DNA of 64,000 nucleotides from Dudresnaya verticillata (taxonomy: Eukaryota). Under the pieces are notes generated by a model that was not told the origin of the DNA, ran no database searches, and saw only the letters and a program-made list of their open reading frames with translations. A program made the translations under genes and the position numbers. The stretch spans positions 992,001 through 1,056,000 of the forward strand of contig OZ374560.1 in assembly GCA_977862235.1 (NCBI GenBank), given 5' to 3'. How positions within the stretch are numbered: the stretch's first letter is position 1; the number at the start of each line of letters is the position of its first letter. Shown piece by piece: positions 1 through 11,963 of the stretch.

Positions 1-347
1 TGAGCCACGCCCGAGGACCAAAGCAGTGGAGTGCTTGACCGTCTCCGGAGGTGAGGCCGCAGTCTTACTTTGTGGGCGGAGAGTGTGCGGGAGCTAGTGC
101 GACGCAGTTGAGGACTTGGATGACCGGGGGGAGGGTCTGGCGCGGACGCAGAGTGAAGTTGCATGCTTTCGTGTGTGTGTGGACTGCACGCCGTCGCTCC
201 AGAACCACACCAGCGAGGCCCTGATTACATGATGGCTCTGGGCCATACAAAGCAAATCAGAGCGCCGGGATGACCAATCAGGGCCCTGGTGGTGGGAGAT
301 AATCTGCCGCCGCGACTTCCGCCGCCGTGTGTTTCAAAAGGAGGGAG

Positions 348-660
348 TGTCATTGGGCCGCCGCCCGATATTATATTTTGAAACGCGCTGGCCACGTGTA
401 CAACGCGGCCGGCGCGACGGCGGCGCAACCTTTATCACAGCTGCGTGAGCTCGCCCAGCTACAGCCCGCCGAGAGACAGAGACGAAGAATAAGCATAACG
501 TTGGACGTGGTCCGTTGTGCAATTGCCGCTAGGTCGTACGCCTGGGCTCCTTCGTCAGTAAAGTTTTATTTTCTCTACCCTCTCTTCTCTACTACTGTTG
601 ACTACCGTGCGTGATTGTACACGTTTCGCAACAGTACGGCTCAGAACACGTTACACGACA
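348..660 (+). repeat. Probable 3' LTR (313 bp) of an LTR retrotransposon inserted into the LINE RT
   Basis: Polypurine tract AAAAGGAGGGAG (336-347) directly precedes TGTC; the segment ends in GACA at 660 (4-bp terminal inverted repeat), and LINE RT-like sequence follows. The partner LTR is not in the window. Confidence 0.6.
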
Positions 661-1727
661 CTCGGGGCCACCGACGACAACCTACCGGGCCTCCTGTTTG
701 CCGATGACTGTATTTTCCATGTTGGCAACCCGGCAAAGCTGCGCGCTGCGCTTAAAGTATGCCATGCATGGGCCGAACAGAATGGAATGCAATGGTCTGC
801 CCCCAAGTGTGCCATCCTCCTCCCGAAACGACATCGCACACGCCCTAGCTCAACCACATTCCTCATTAATGGCCAACCAATCGACGTCACATGCTACGCA
901 CGCTATCTTGGCATCCAGATCTCGCCGGAAAGGGCTTTCGAATAAGCGACCCTACAATTCATAGCTGCTGCGAAGCGCCAACTTGGAACACTTGTCTCAT
1001 TAGGCCACATCTCCTCCTAGATGCCCGCACACGCTGCTCATTATATCTACCATACATTTGTTCGCCCCGTCTACGAACACGGCTGTGCCATTACCCCATA
1101 TACCCCAGCTGTATACCGCGCCATTGACAGCTTGGATTCAACCTTCTCCCGCCTTCTAATCTCCCAGAGGTCGTCTAGAATGTCTGCCCAACGCTTGCGG
1201 AAGCTCAGAGCCCTCTTCCGCCTCGAACCTCCTCTCCTGCGCCAGAAGATCGTGCAACGGAGCTTCTGCACTGCGCTACAATGTCTCGTCGGCTTAGCAG
1301 CGCTTCCTGCCTCCTGGCATGCAAAAAGAACGCTTTCTGCTCTCCAGGCCACACCGTGTATTGCTTGCTGGGATGCATCGCAACAATCCCGAACGCGGCG
1401 AGAAATCCGCGACTTGCTGCTACAGGAATGGCGTCCGGCGGTATCTGGTCGACGTCCTGCCTCGGTGTACAACTCGCATCGATTACCGCCAGCCCTGGAG
1501 CTACTGTGCCAGACCACAGAGACAGGAAACTAGCAATCCGTTGCACCTGGGGACGTTCCCTAATCCGCTGCCCTTCCCAATTGCCCGTGAGAACGTTCGA
1601 CCCCTCACCCAATCTCTCCAAGCCCTGTCGCTCCCAGAACCACTCGCCGCTTATCTCTGCGCCATCTCCGACACAATCTCATCTATCTGGGACGCCTGCA
1701 GCCACGCGTTTCCCCCGTCTACTTTAA
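661..1727 (+). pseudogene. LINE (non-LTR retrotransposon) ORF2 C-terminal fragment, RT thumb and C-terminal region, with stops and frameshift
   Basis: LLFADD, MQWSAPKCAIL, RYLGIQI, FVRPVYEHG, RKLRALFRLEPPLLRQ; clearly homologous to ORF 46800-47687. Confidence 0.85.
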
Positions 1728-3233
1728 GAAATACTTCTCACTCACAATCCAGTCGGTCCCCACGTAACTGATCCCTTTCCGAAGGATAGCTCCACCCCCT
1801 TTACCGGTGATAGGATACTTTTAATGGATGTCATTAAGAATAACCTTAACAACTGTAGCTTACCGGTGTGCTTGCCCATGGACCATCGTCGCCCGCACAA
1901 GACCATCCTAAACAAACATTAAAAGCAAACATCACCATTACCGATTCCTAATCACCCAACTGTCTACCTCCCCATCACATGAACTGCATCGCACCCTATT
2001 TCAATCCCCGCCCTCCCTCAGCTATCGTGAGCACGACGAGACTGAACTGACGACCGCGGCCACCCACGAAACGCACGCAATCACAAGCACCCACACAACG
2101 CGCGATCGCGGTGCTCGACGGGTATGCTGGAACTTCGGCCGCCAGGGCTTGTGCCAAGCTTGGAAGCGCTGGCGGTCCGACTGGTTGGTTGGCTCTCTGG
2201 ATGGGTGGTCAGTGGTGTTGCGCGTGCGGACTTGGGCGGGAGGTGGACGCGGTACTGCAGGGGATGGAATGGATGGGTAGATAGATTAGGAGCGCTGCGG
2301 GAGAGTGAATGTGTTAGTACCGTCTGCAGAGGAGGAGACTTGAGAACGGCAACAACGCGCGTACGGGTATACACGCGAGGTGGTGGAGGCGGCGGTGATT
2401 GTGGTGCGGAGGTCTTGGCAAGGCAGGAGATAGAGTGGGCGGAAGTGTGTGTATGTGTGCCCGTCGGGCGCGTCGCAATACAGACAGTGGTGATAAAGTT
2501 TGCTCAACAAAGTTACAGACAGTCGTGCCTGCGTCTCCGCGAGCTCGTGCCTTGTGCGCCGCGACGTCGAACAAAAGTTTTTGGTACTCACTGTACTGTA
2601 CTATTATTCGCGCTCTGCCGGGGCACCACTCTTCACGGGCGCTGTCGCTTCGCACCTACGTTTTTCACCTTTCTTGTGCCACTCCATTGCTTCCATCCAC
2701 GGCGGACACGAGGCACGCGCGCTTGCGAGTGACCAAAGCAGCTCAGCCCCATGGCGCCCTGCCACCGCCCGGGAAGCAGGCGCAGCAGCGACGGAAGGAC
2801 CCTGTGCAACCCGCGCGGGAATGCTTCCACGTCTTGAATTGGCACGCGTGCAGCAGCAGGGCCGTATTTGTGACTGACTGACTGGCATAAAATATAGGTG
2901 ACTTTTGACTGACTGACTCTCCCTTTTTCGCTAACTGACTAAACGCTGGATACACAAAAGACACGTGGTGATCTGTACATGTGTCCCCGGTGTGTCCCCG
3001 GTGTACAACGTGGAGAGCATGTGCTGGTGGCCGCCACCGGTCGTCCCCAGCCGCCGCCGGCGGAGAGCATGCCGCGTCAAGCCAATATACGATCTGCTGG
3101 GATGTGAGCACTGAACAAAGTATTACCCTCGACTTTAGCAACGATTGTGACGTTCGAAAACGATTCTCACACTCCCTTCCACGCGCCTTCATCCCACCCA
3201 CAGCCCCCATCAACGTCTTTCCCATCTTCTGAG

Positions 3234-6200
3234 ATGCAACGACGCTCCGAGACGCCTCCAGACTCACCGGACAACGGCAGCACAGTTGAAGTCGAAATAG
3301 CCGCCAAACGCGTCGTTCAAGAACAGCTGGAAACACAAAACGTCGCAGAACAGCTGCGAACGGCCGCGGTTCAAGCTCAAAAACTTCGGTATGGAGCACA
3401 GTTGCTGCCGCGCTCGACAGCGTTTATGGACGTTTCAGCTTTCGATGTTCAACCTTCGACTTCGTCGGTCGAATGAATAAGAATCAATCGACAAGTAATA
3501 TCATCGACCATTACAAGACCCATCACTCCGCACTTTATCTTGCATTCCTGGCCCTTAACAAGCAAAACGCCACACAGGCGACGATAGCGAACCGTATCAA
3601 CAATTATCGGCGGCGTTGGTTGGCTAAGCGTCAGAATGTTTCGGTGAGCCGCTTCTTTTGTAAGGGAAGGATCAGAGTTTCCGATGTTTCGCTCCCGTTG
3701 TGGTGAAGTGAAAGGCACACCTGTAAGGAGAGCTGATCAGGCAATCCCAATAAGGAGTGATCTCACACGGCACCGGGGTGGTAGAGCTTAGTTCGTAGAC
3801 CGAAGGGAGTACCTCGAGCGGCAACACCTGTAAGGAGTAAAGGGACGCAACAGACAAGGGGGACGGTACAGTGCCAGGGCAGCTACATCGGGACGGAGGT
3901 AAGAGGAATCCGTGCACGGGGCTGGCGAGGGGAAACCGTAAAGGAGTATGAGGGTAAGGCTTAGGGTAAGTCACTTTGCCCAGGGTTGCGTCCCCGTTTA
4001 CTGTAGGACTCGCGGTGGCCACCCATTAATATACTGGGAGATACGCCCCGCGGTCCGGTCCGTGTGGGCCAGACCCCAATGGGTCTGGTCCACCAGGTGG
4101 GTCCGGCCCTACTGGTCCCGGTCACCGTTGCGGACATGCTCGGCATTCTTATTGGCCGGCTGACACTACGTACTGTACAGCATGATTATAATTACCTAAT
4201 TACAAATAAATCAACTACTTGACTCCTATTGGTGGTGCGCGCAGACTCCAGCAAGGCGTACAGTGCTACTGTGTCGCTGCACTCCGTTTCGGCTTTTGGC
4301 GCCAGCTCACCACTGTGCACGGCGCGGGTCGGCTCAACCGTCGTCCGCACTCCGAAACGGCCGCTTCACCACACCCGTCCCCCGGGAATAACATATATCT
4401 CGCACCCCCGAAGACAATTCAAGCTGTCGCCGCTGTCATGTTTGCATGCGCAACGGAGGCTCCGTGTTCGAATATTGTTTCACCTATGCTGCAAGGCCTT
4501 GTCGATGTTATTGGTGGTCGAATGCAGTTTAGCAGCAAGCAAACCACGGAGAAAATTCTTTTCCAGACGTACGCTGCGGTCTGCAATGTTCTGGGATCGT
4601 CGGTGGCTGATTTGAAGTCCGGATGTATCACCGTGGATGGGTGGAGCGCTGCACTGCGGGCCCCAATTTTCGGGATCACCTGGCACTACGTCGATGAGAA
4701 CTGGAAAATGAGGTGCATTCCCATTGCCACACTAAACATGGGAACCGCGGCGAAGACAGGAGAACAGATGCGCTGCATCATTGAGGAAAATTTGTCGGAG
4801 AATGCTGTGGTTGGATCCGACGATATCAAGGTTCACACTGGAACAAGCGACAATGAGGCGGCAACAGCGCTAGCCGTCGATCTTCTCACCAACTACGTGG
4901 ACTCTGTGCGGTGCGTCGTTCATACCTTGGCCCTTTGCGTGAACGATGTCTTCGAGAACGGCACACCTTGGAAGAAATATCTCGATCATGTTAACAAGAT
5001 CACCTCGTATTTCAACCATCACCAGAAGGCAGCGCAACTACTGATGATGAAGCAATTGGAAGAGGGAGTGACGCGCGATTGTCTCAAGAGACTCAAACAC
5101 GATGTACCAACAAGATGGCATTCCAAACTGGCGGCCATGTCCGCATATTTGTGCAGGCTTGAATCCATATCGGCAGTTGCACAGGAGTTGAGCATACCCC
5201 CGGCCGACTTGCCGTCACTTACCTCCGAGCAGCAGGACGTGCTTGCAGAGTTCATTACCGTTCTCACGGAAGTCCGGCGTGTTGCAACACAGCTCGAGGC
5301 GGATAAGAAGGTGACAATGTCAAGGGCACCAAGACTTCTGCGGGAACTGTACGAAACGTTGTTGATAATGTCTGGCAGCATGCTGCTGTTTGGCAGTGGA
5401 TCCACAGATAAGTTAATGTTTGGCACAGACGTGAATGACACGGACTACATACTAGACGTCCGCGCACTGCCGTCGCGTAGCAGCGTCGCTTTATACGACA
5501 AAGAAAGGGATGGAGTTCGTCTGGTTCGTTTGCGTAAAACGCATCCGCAGTCCCTTGCTATCAAGCTTGCTGACCGCATTGAGTCGCGTCTCGAAAGCCT
5601 ATGGCAGCGTGCCGATCCTGCGGCAGCTTCATGGACCCCATTCACAACCGGAGGAGACCACCTTGAACGAGACATGCAGAAAGCGCGTCGCTTCATTCTG
5701 TTCCACATCGCTGCAGTTATGGACGTGAACGAGTGCGCTATCGATTTCTTGCACTGCTCGGGGGAAGACAAAGACGCATACGTGAAGTTCATTTGCAAGA
5801 CAGTGGTTCGGGAAGCTCTCGAGTTAGAAGAGTCGCTATCCCCCAGCGCCGCCGACCTGGAAGTTGTGCACAGTATGTTTTACAACCAAATGCGCGAATG
5901 TTTGATCAGAACTGGTAGGAAAGAGCCCGGTCGGGCGCTGTCGTACTGGAGGGACGTGAACCAAGAAAGAGGAATGATTAGCCCAGTGCCATTCAACACT
6001 GTTGCCAGGGCTGCACTTTCCGCTCAAGCTTCCTCAGCCCCAGCCGAGCGTCTCTTCAGTGATCTGGGAAGACGTGAAGGAAATCAGAGCCAGTGTTTGC
6101 TAACAAGTGCGCTGGAAATGTCTGAGATGATTCGCGTGTTCGTGAAAAGCGAGCTGCAGGAGATCAGATTACCTCAAGAGGGGTTGCTGCACCCGCAGGC

Positions 6201-6255
6201 AGCCAACTTTAAGCGTTTTGTGCATAAAGTTGCCGCGAAAGTTGTAGATATGTAA
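3234..6255 (+). pseudogene. hAT transposase, interrupted by a solo LTR (3659-4393) and with an N-terminal break near 3475
   Basis: ITVDGWS, TSDNEA, RCVVHTLAL, DVPTRWHS and ASSAPAERLFS (catalytic residues and dimerization domain) in ORF 4219-6255; N-terminal pieces in 3234-3658. Confidence 0.9.
3659..4393. repeat. Solo LTR (735 bp) inserted in the hAT transposase
   Basis: TG...CA termini (TGTAAG...AATAACA). Removing it plus 5 bp rejoins the transposase in frame (RFF|LAPPKT). The TSD is degenerate (TCTTT/TATAT). Confidence 0.65.
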
Positions 6256-6642
6256 AGATGACTGCTATTTTACTGAATATGACTGACTTGGTATAAAAAG
6301 GGTATGACTATGACTTTCCAAACCTCTGTTTTCGGTAGTCACAAATACGACCCTGTGCAGCATTACACTGCCAACTGACACCAACCACTCTTCCTTCGCG
6401 TCTAACATGCCTCCCGAATTCGAGCGGCCGATTGACTTGCCCAATCCCGGCGTGCGAATGTGTATGTGCAGGTAGGAAGAGGAGGGCACGCGGCGGGGGA
6501 GCACGGTGACCATCTGGAGTGAAATGGCGGGATGGCTCGTTTGTCGCAACGCGACTTGGTCTGCTCCGCAAAACAAGCACCTGTGGATCACATGCACAGC
6601 GCACTGTCTTAAAAGCGGTGAACGAGCAAGGTAGATTGTGAG

Positions 6643-6954
6643 TGTTGAACTGCCTAGATTGGAGGTGGGGAAGCCCAGAGCCCGGCTTTTATGTTGTATT
6701 GTAGTTCAGTGAATTGATAGTTACGTAAATAATTGAAGTAGTACAGTACGAATGCAACGGATTGTTGCAGTAGTGCTCTTCAAGGGCAGAAGGGAGAGTC
6801 AATTCACCGAATTGCAGTTGTGGCCGCATGCATTGGCGGACACAGCGAAACTGACAATGCAACACACATAAAGTGTCGCACGTCACCTCGATTCTAATTG
6901 CCACGCGCAAAGTTGTAGCTCGTTCTCCATTGTTGGCTCATCGATTCTCCGAGA
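6643..6954 (-). repeat. Possible degenerate 3' LTR of the Copia element
   Basis: Minus-strand polypurine run GAGGGGGG at about 6955-6962 just after the RNase H stop. The boundary reads TC rather than TG, and the left end is a guess. Confidence 0.35.
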
Positions 6955-6987
6955 CCCCCCTCGAGCAAAACTCGGTACGTGTGTAAC

Positions 6988-8291
6988 TTACTCCAAGGAA
7001 ATACAGCCGATCCAGTTCCGATTTTGTTGGAATGCAGACCCAGTTAGAGCCTTAGTGAAGCCATCGGCTTTGTTAGCTTCGGAGGCTGTGTAGTCGATAT
7101 AGACGTCGCCTTGTTCAACTGTGTCAAGAACATGCCAATGCTTAATGTCAATATGACGAACGGGGTGGAGATTGTAGGCACCAGCTGACCAGCTTATGGA
7201 GCCCAAATTGTCTTGGAATATAACTGTGGGACCATTTTGGCTGAAGCCCAGTTCATTAAGAACATTACGGATCCACGAAACTTCTTTCACACAGCTATAT
7301 AAGGCAATAAATTCAGCTTCTGCCGTCGAAAGCGCAGTGCAGGTTTGCAACTTGGAAGTCCACATTATTGGGCTTCTGTTGACCATGACGAGCATCCCAG
7401 AGCGCGACCGGCGCTTAATCTTATCATGTCCCCAGTCCGCATCGCACCAGACTTCTAAATTGATTTTTTCCAGACGTGGTACACGACTGGGATGGTTTGT
7501 GTGGAAGGACACCGAATTGTTTTGCTCCACGCAGATACTTGATAACGTGCTTGAGGGCAGCCCAATGGGCCGGAGTAGGGGCTGCCATATGCTTCCCAAG
7601 CATTGAAACGGCAGTGCTGATATCGGGGCGCGTTCTTGTACAGAGGTAAATGAGACTACCCACCAGACTGGCGTATGGGACTGCTTTCATCCTTTCCTTA
7701 TCGTCTTGAGAGAGCGCAGAGGGAATGTCACAGAGCACATGTCCAAGCGGTAAGGGCCAGGGCTTAGCTTTGGCGCTATCCATACTGCACTGTTCAATTA
7801 AACGCCGTGCGAAGGTTTCCTGTGATAGAAAAATACCTTTCGGAGTTTCTTGAAGCTTGACACCGAAGAAGAATCTAGGGGTGCCCAGGTCCGTGACTTG
7901 GAACACAGTTTCAAGTTTTGTTCTGACGGCTTGTATTAAGCTGGACTTTCCAAACATCAAAATGTCGTCTACGTAGGCCAAAAGATAGACAACTCCATCT
8001 GCAAGGTTCCATACAAACACACATTCAGTCGTCTTCAGCGCACGAAAGCCAATAGACTTGAGATATTGGCTAAGTACCTTGAACCACAACTTAGGTGCCT
8101 GTATTAGACCATATAGGGACTTCAGCAAGCATACGATTCGTCCGTTGGCTTCTGGAACACCCGGGATGGTTGGAAGCTTGATCCAAATTCGAGACGATGG
8201 TGGGAGCGCAGCATAAAGGAAAGCGCCCTTAATGTCGATATGCTTCCGGTCCCAGTCGAACGCAACGGAAAGGGTCAGTAGCAGTCGAATC
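6988..8291 (-). pseudogene. pol: Ty1/Copia pol, RT and RNase H (3' part), frameshifted near 7500
   Basis: HIDIKGAFL, KSLYGLIQAPKLW, AYVDD, PYASLVGSLIYL, TRPDIS, CDADWG, STAEAEF, RHIDIK, ADGFTK. Confidence 0.95.
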
Positions 8292-9157
8292 TGTGGTGCA
8301 AACGTCGTGGACGATGGACCGCCGAGTAGTTCGGGGCTCGGTGGGTAGCTGCGCCCTCGGCGGTAGGTAGTCCCGCCGTGGGCGACTTGGTGGTAGAGCA
8401 AAGGGGCACGCCTTGGGCGGACTGTAAACGCCCGAGGCGGAAAGGAAGGGAAAGGGCAACCGAAAGGGAGCACGTCAAGAACGATGGTAGACGTGGAAGC
8501 ACGGGAGGTAGACGCTTGAGCCGTAGGGCAGCGGTAGGAAACGCACGTGCGAAACGGGGAAGTCTGGACCAAGGCCGCCTTGCCCGGGGTTTACTCAGCG
8601 TCTCAGACGGATACCTCATATACTACGTGAGCGACGGCGGCGGGCGTGGTGCGCGGGAACTCAGGACGCGTGTCGCGCCGTCGAGTGTCTGACACGTCGT
8701 CGTCGCCATGCAGCCGTGTGCGCGGGAGCTCAGGAGTAGCTTACAGGCGTGCGTGCGAGTAATGGGTGACTTACAGGCGCATACGTGTAGCAGTGCGGAT
8801 GATCCGGATTCGGATCCAGATCCCCGCCAGCATTGCTGGCGCGCGGCCATTACAGGCGCGCTCCTTACATCCCTGTGGATCCGGATGCCGGATCCCGATG
8901 TCCCATCCGGATCCGATCCGGATCCGGGCCAAGCTTACGGGCGTGCGCCTTGCGCCCGGCCGATCGGGATAATGCATCCGGATCTGGCCGTACAGTGTGC
9001 GCGTGCGCCGCGCCACGCGGGGTAACGGCGGCCGTATGCCCGTGGGCCAATCTTCGATGACGTGTTCGCGCGCCAACGGCGGTGGACGTTCCGTCGGTAG
9101 ACGTTGGCATATAATACGCTCAGAGCGAAAAAGGGGCAGCCCTTGCCTTGCACCACA
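8292..9157 (-). repeat. 3' LTR of Gypsy A (866 bp)
   Basis: TGTGGTGCAA...TTGCACCACA 10-bp terminal IR; direct repeat of 20935-21801; adjacent PPT (minus strand GCGAGGGGGTCG, 9158-9169). Confidence 0.97.
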
Positions 9158-9604
9158 CGACCCCCTCGCAAAACGCGAACACGTCCGTCGCAAGCTTGCG
9201 TTTCTCTGCGGGTCCCACTTTGTCGTGCGTGCGTTCCTGCGTTCCGGCTGTGCCGTGCTAACTTCGCGTGCTGCGCGTTGCGTCCGGCGAGCTCTCGCGC
9301 TCTCTTCACCGTTCTTCATCGCCGCTGGCGCATCGTGAATCCCGTCAACGACGCCACATCCAATTCGTCGCCTGGGGCGTGTCAGCTGCATCGTCGTCGA
9401 CGAGTTGTGTGAAGTTCATCGCCCAAGGCGCAGGTGTTTCCCGTCTGTGATGCAGCTTCATCGTAGTCGCCCGTGGCGCAGAACAAAAGGCGTCTTTGAC
9501 GTAAGCAAAAAGTATAACCGCCTGTGGCGTGGGGCAAGAGTCGTCGTTGACGTTTGTTTAACCTTAAGCGCCAGTGGCGTAAACGAAGTTGCGTCGTTGA
9601 CGAT

Positions 9605-11963
9605 ATGCCGACGTTCAATGGTGTGCAGGTCGCGGCGCCCTCGGCCGGGCCGGTATACTTATCTCCATACGACTTCGTCGGGAAGAACCCGCAGGATCAC
9701 GGGGACCTCTTCGCGCAGGCCCCCTGGTTTGACCAGGAGGCCTTGCGCAATGAGGAGCTCATTGCTCATTACGCTATTAGCGGATTTTTGCCGGGGGGGA
9801 CTCCCCCTTGCCGTCGTCTGGACGATGGATTGGAAGTTGCGCTGCGCGGTGCCGCCCGAGTGGCTTTGGGTTCGCGCAGGGAAATCTCGTGCGGATGTTC
9901 ATGCCAAGTTCGTCGCAGACGTGTATCGTCGCTCGACGCGTTATCCGTGCTCGGCGTTAACGCTGGCCATTTTCGAGTTTGATGCCGGTCAATACCGGAC
10001 CAAGGGCGAGATCGAATATGGGAATCGTCTAGGGACGTTATCGCTCAAACATCTGAGCGTTTCGGCAGAGCCGCGTATCAGGCAGGAGGCGTACCTCCTG
10101 GAAGTACGCTTGAAAGCGGATTTCCGTTACCAACACCGAACGGGGACGTTCTTTTGGGAACGGTGCATACGTTGGGAATGTGAAACGCGTCGCCGAAAGG
10201 GCGTTTTTGTGGCCTACCAGGATATGCAGGTCGATCATATCGAACGCAGTAAGTTGCCTCACTGCTTCGTGAAGGTACCGCCTGTTTGGCAAGAGTTCGA
10301 AATTTGCGAAGGTTTCGCTGCCGAACGTCCTCCGTGTCTCACGTATATCGGGTCGGAGTTAATGACGGACCCGTACTCCAAATGGTGGGTGATGTTCTAC
10401 ACCGAATGGGTGGCAAACGTAGCGTACGCATGGATGTGGGAGGTGTATGACACCTTCCGCATTTATTATCTGCCACTTCGCGTAGTCGCGTCTCTTGGTG
10501 GCCTGGACCTGGCTGAGATAATCGGCGGGTCGAGGAATAGCCAGGAGTTCTGGGATTTGCGCTCAGTAGCGGATGAAATTAACTGGAACGACCCGGCGAT
10601 GGTGCCACTAGGGAACAACCGTCGTAAGACGAACCGCCCGCGATTCGCGATGAGTCGTACTCACTCCGCCTATGGCGATTGGATCCATTATTAACCATGG
10701 ACGAAGCGTCGTACGACGAAGAACGTTGCGGAGCGCCATCGCAAAACGGACCGCTTCACACCGGGTAATCACCCGCGTGGTTTGCGTAAGAGCTGCGACT
10801 TTGTCGGTGATTTTCCTCCGCATTTGAGTGTCTTGATGGCTGAGGAAGATTCTTTTAACGCCGATGGCGAACCGGGGAACCCGTCTGGGACGGCTGTCGC
10901 TACGCCTATGGCGGTTGAGTCATCTGCCGAGGCTGCGGCTCCACCATCAGCTTTGCCGCAAGGGTCTGCTGGTGGTGTTGGGGTGTCAGCTGGCTTGCCA
11001 GCTGTGGCACCCTTGGACCTTGCGGCTCCCGTCTCGGACGTTGATGGCGATGCCGTTATGGCGACGCCAATAGTCGAGTCGGCTCCGCCGACAGTAACGT
11101 CTCAAGGCGTAGTATCAAACGTCATAGACGGATCTGTGAATGCGCCCTCGGTGCCAGTCTGGACCGAGGAACAGCGCCGCACCGTGCTCGCCTTATTGCG
11201 TGCAGCTGGAGTCGCTACTAGCGGTTTGAGTGGCTCGCCCACTGAGTGGGTGAGCCAGGCGCTGGCGGCTGCGTCGCGACCCCAGGGTGCTTCGGTGCCG
11301 GTGCCGATGGTTGGTGTTGGTTCTGTGTCGAAAGACGGTGCAGACGGAAAGTCGTCATCGCCCAAGGCGACTGGTTCGGCGTCCAAGGACGTAAGTGCTA
11401 CTGTACCGCCAGTGGCGAGCGAAGCAGATGTCGCTACAACGTCTCCGACGGTTGAGGAGGGTCCAGTGGCTCCTGCGTTGATGACGGATATAGACCCAAT
11501 GACGCCAAAGGCGGGTGAGGGGTCTACGTCGGTTCAGACGGTTGCGACAGTTGCGCCGAAGGCGGTAGGTTCTGCGACGACGCCGAAGGCGAGTGATGAG
11601 TTGAACTCTACGCCAGAGGCGGTTCTGGTTGCTGCGTCGTCCAAGGGGACAGTCCCTGCAACGGCGCCGAAGGCGGATATTATCGGTGCAGCGCCGGAGG
11701 CGAATGACCGACTTGGTTCTGCGCCATCGGCGGTTGGCAAAGCCAAAGAGGCTTCGCCGCCTAAGGCGGGTGGTGAGTCGAACTCTTCGCCAGCGGCGCA
11801 TATTGCTCCTTCAGCTGTGGCGGTGGCGGTTCGTTTGCGGTCCGTCCCAGCTACTGCTGTGGGTGTGCCGTCGGTGACGGAAGATGACCTCTATGAAGAG
11901 GCATTGAGGGAGTCCGCCGAGGGCGATGGTGCGGTGGGCTCAGCGAGGCCGCCTGCGACGTGA
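9605..11963 (+). pseudogene. Antisense accessory ORF of Gypsy A, unknown function (about 785 codons reconstructed)
   Basis: ATG at 9605, one frameshift in the G7 run at about 9793-9799, one in-frame TAA at 10692-10694, then open to 11963. Aromatic-rich core followed by an Ala/Pro/Ser tail with PKA repeats. Homologous to 58114-60022 and 34037-36518. Confidence 0.8.

Larger units (their letters stand above)
2857..6355 (+). mobile_element. hAT-superfamily DNA transposon
   Basis: 19-bp TIRs CAGGGCCGTATTTGTGACT (2857-2875) and AGTCACAAATACGACCCTG (6337-6355), 1 mismatch; 8-bp TSD TGCAGCAG/TGCAGCAT; subterminal TGAC repeats at both ends. Confidence 0.92.

Noticed and set aside
2081..2856. ORFs of 100-200 aa upstream of the hAT element
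   Set aside because: Low-information ORFs on both strands with no recognisable domain; cannot support a gene call.
7424..8572. 382-aa ORF as a single gene
   Set aside because: It is a chimera: the N-terminal part is Gypsy LTR sequence and the rest is Copia RT.
8378..9450. Many overlapping short ORFs in and beside LTR A, repeated at 21021-21850
   Set aside because: GC-rich LTR sequence with ORFs in all frames and no motifs; the repetition is explained by the LTR duplication.
9405..11963. Extra ORF as a retroviral env gene
   Set aside because: It is antisense to pol, and I see no signal peptide or C-terminal transmembrane anchor.
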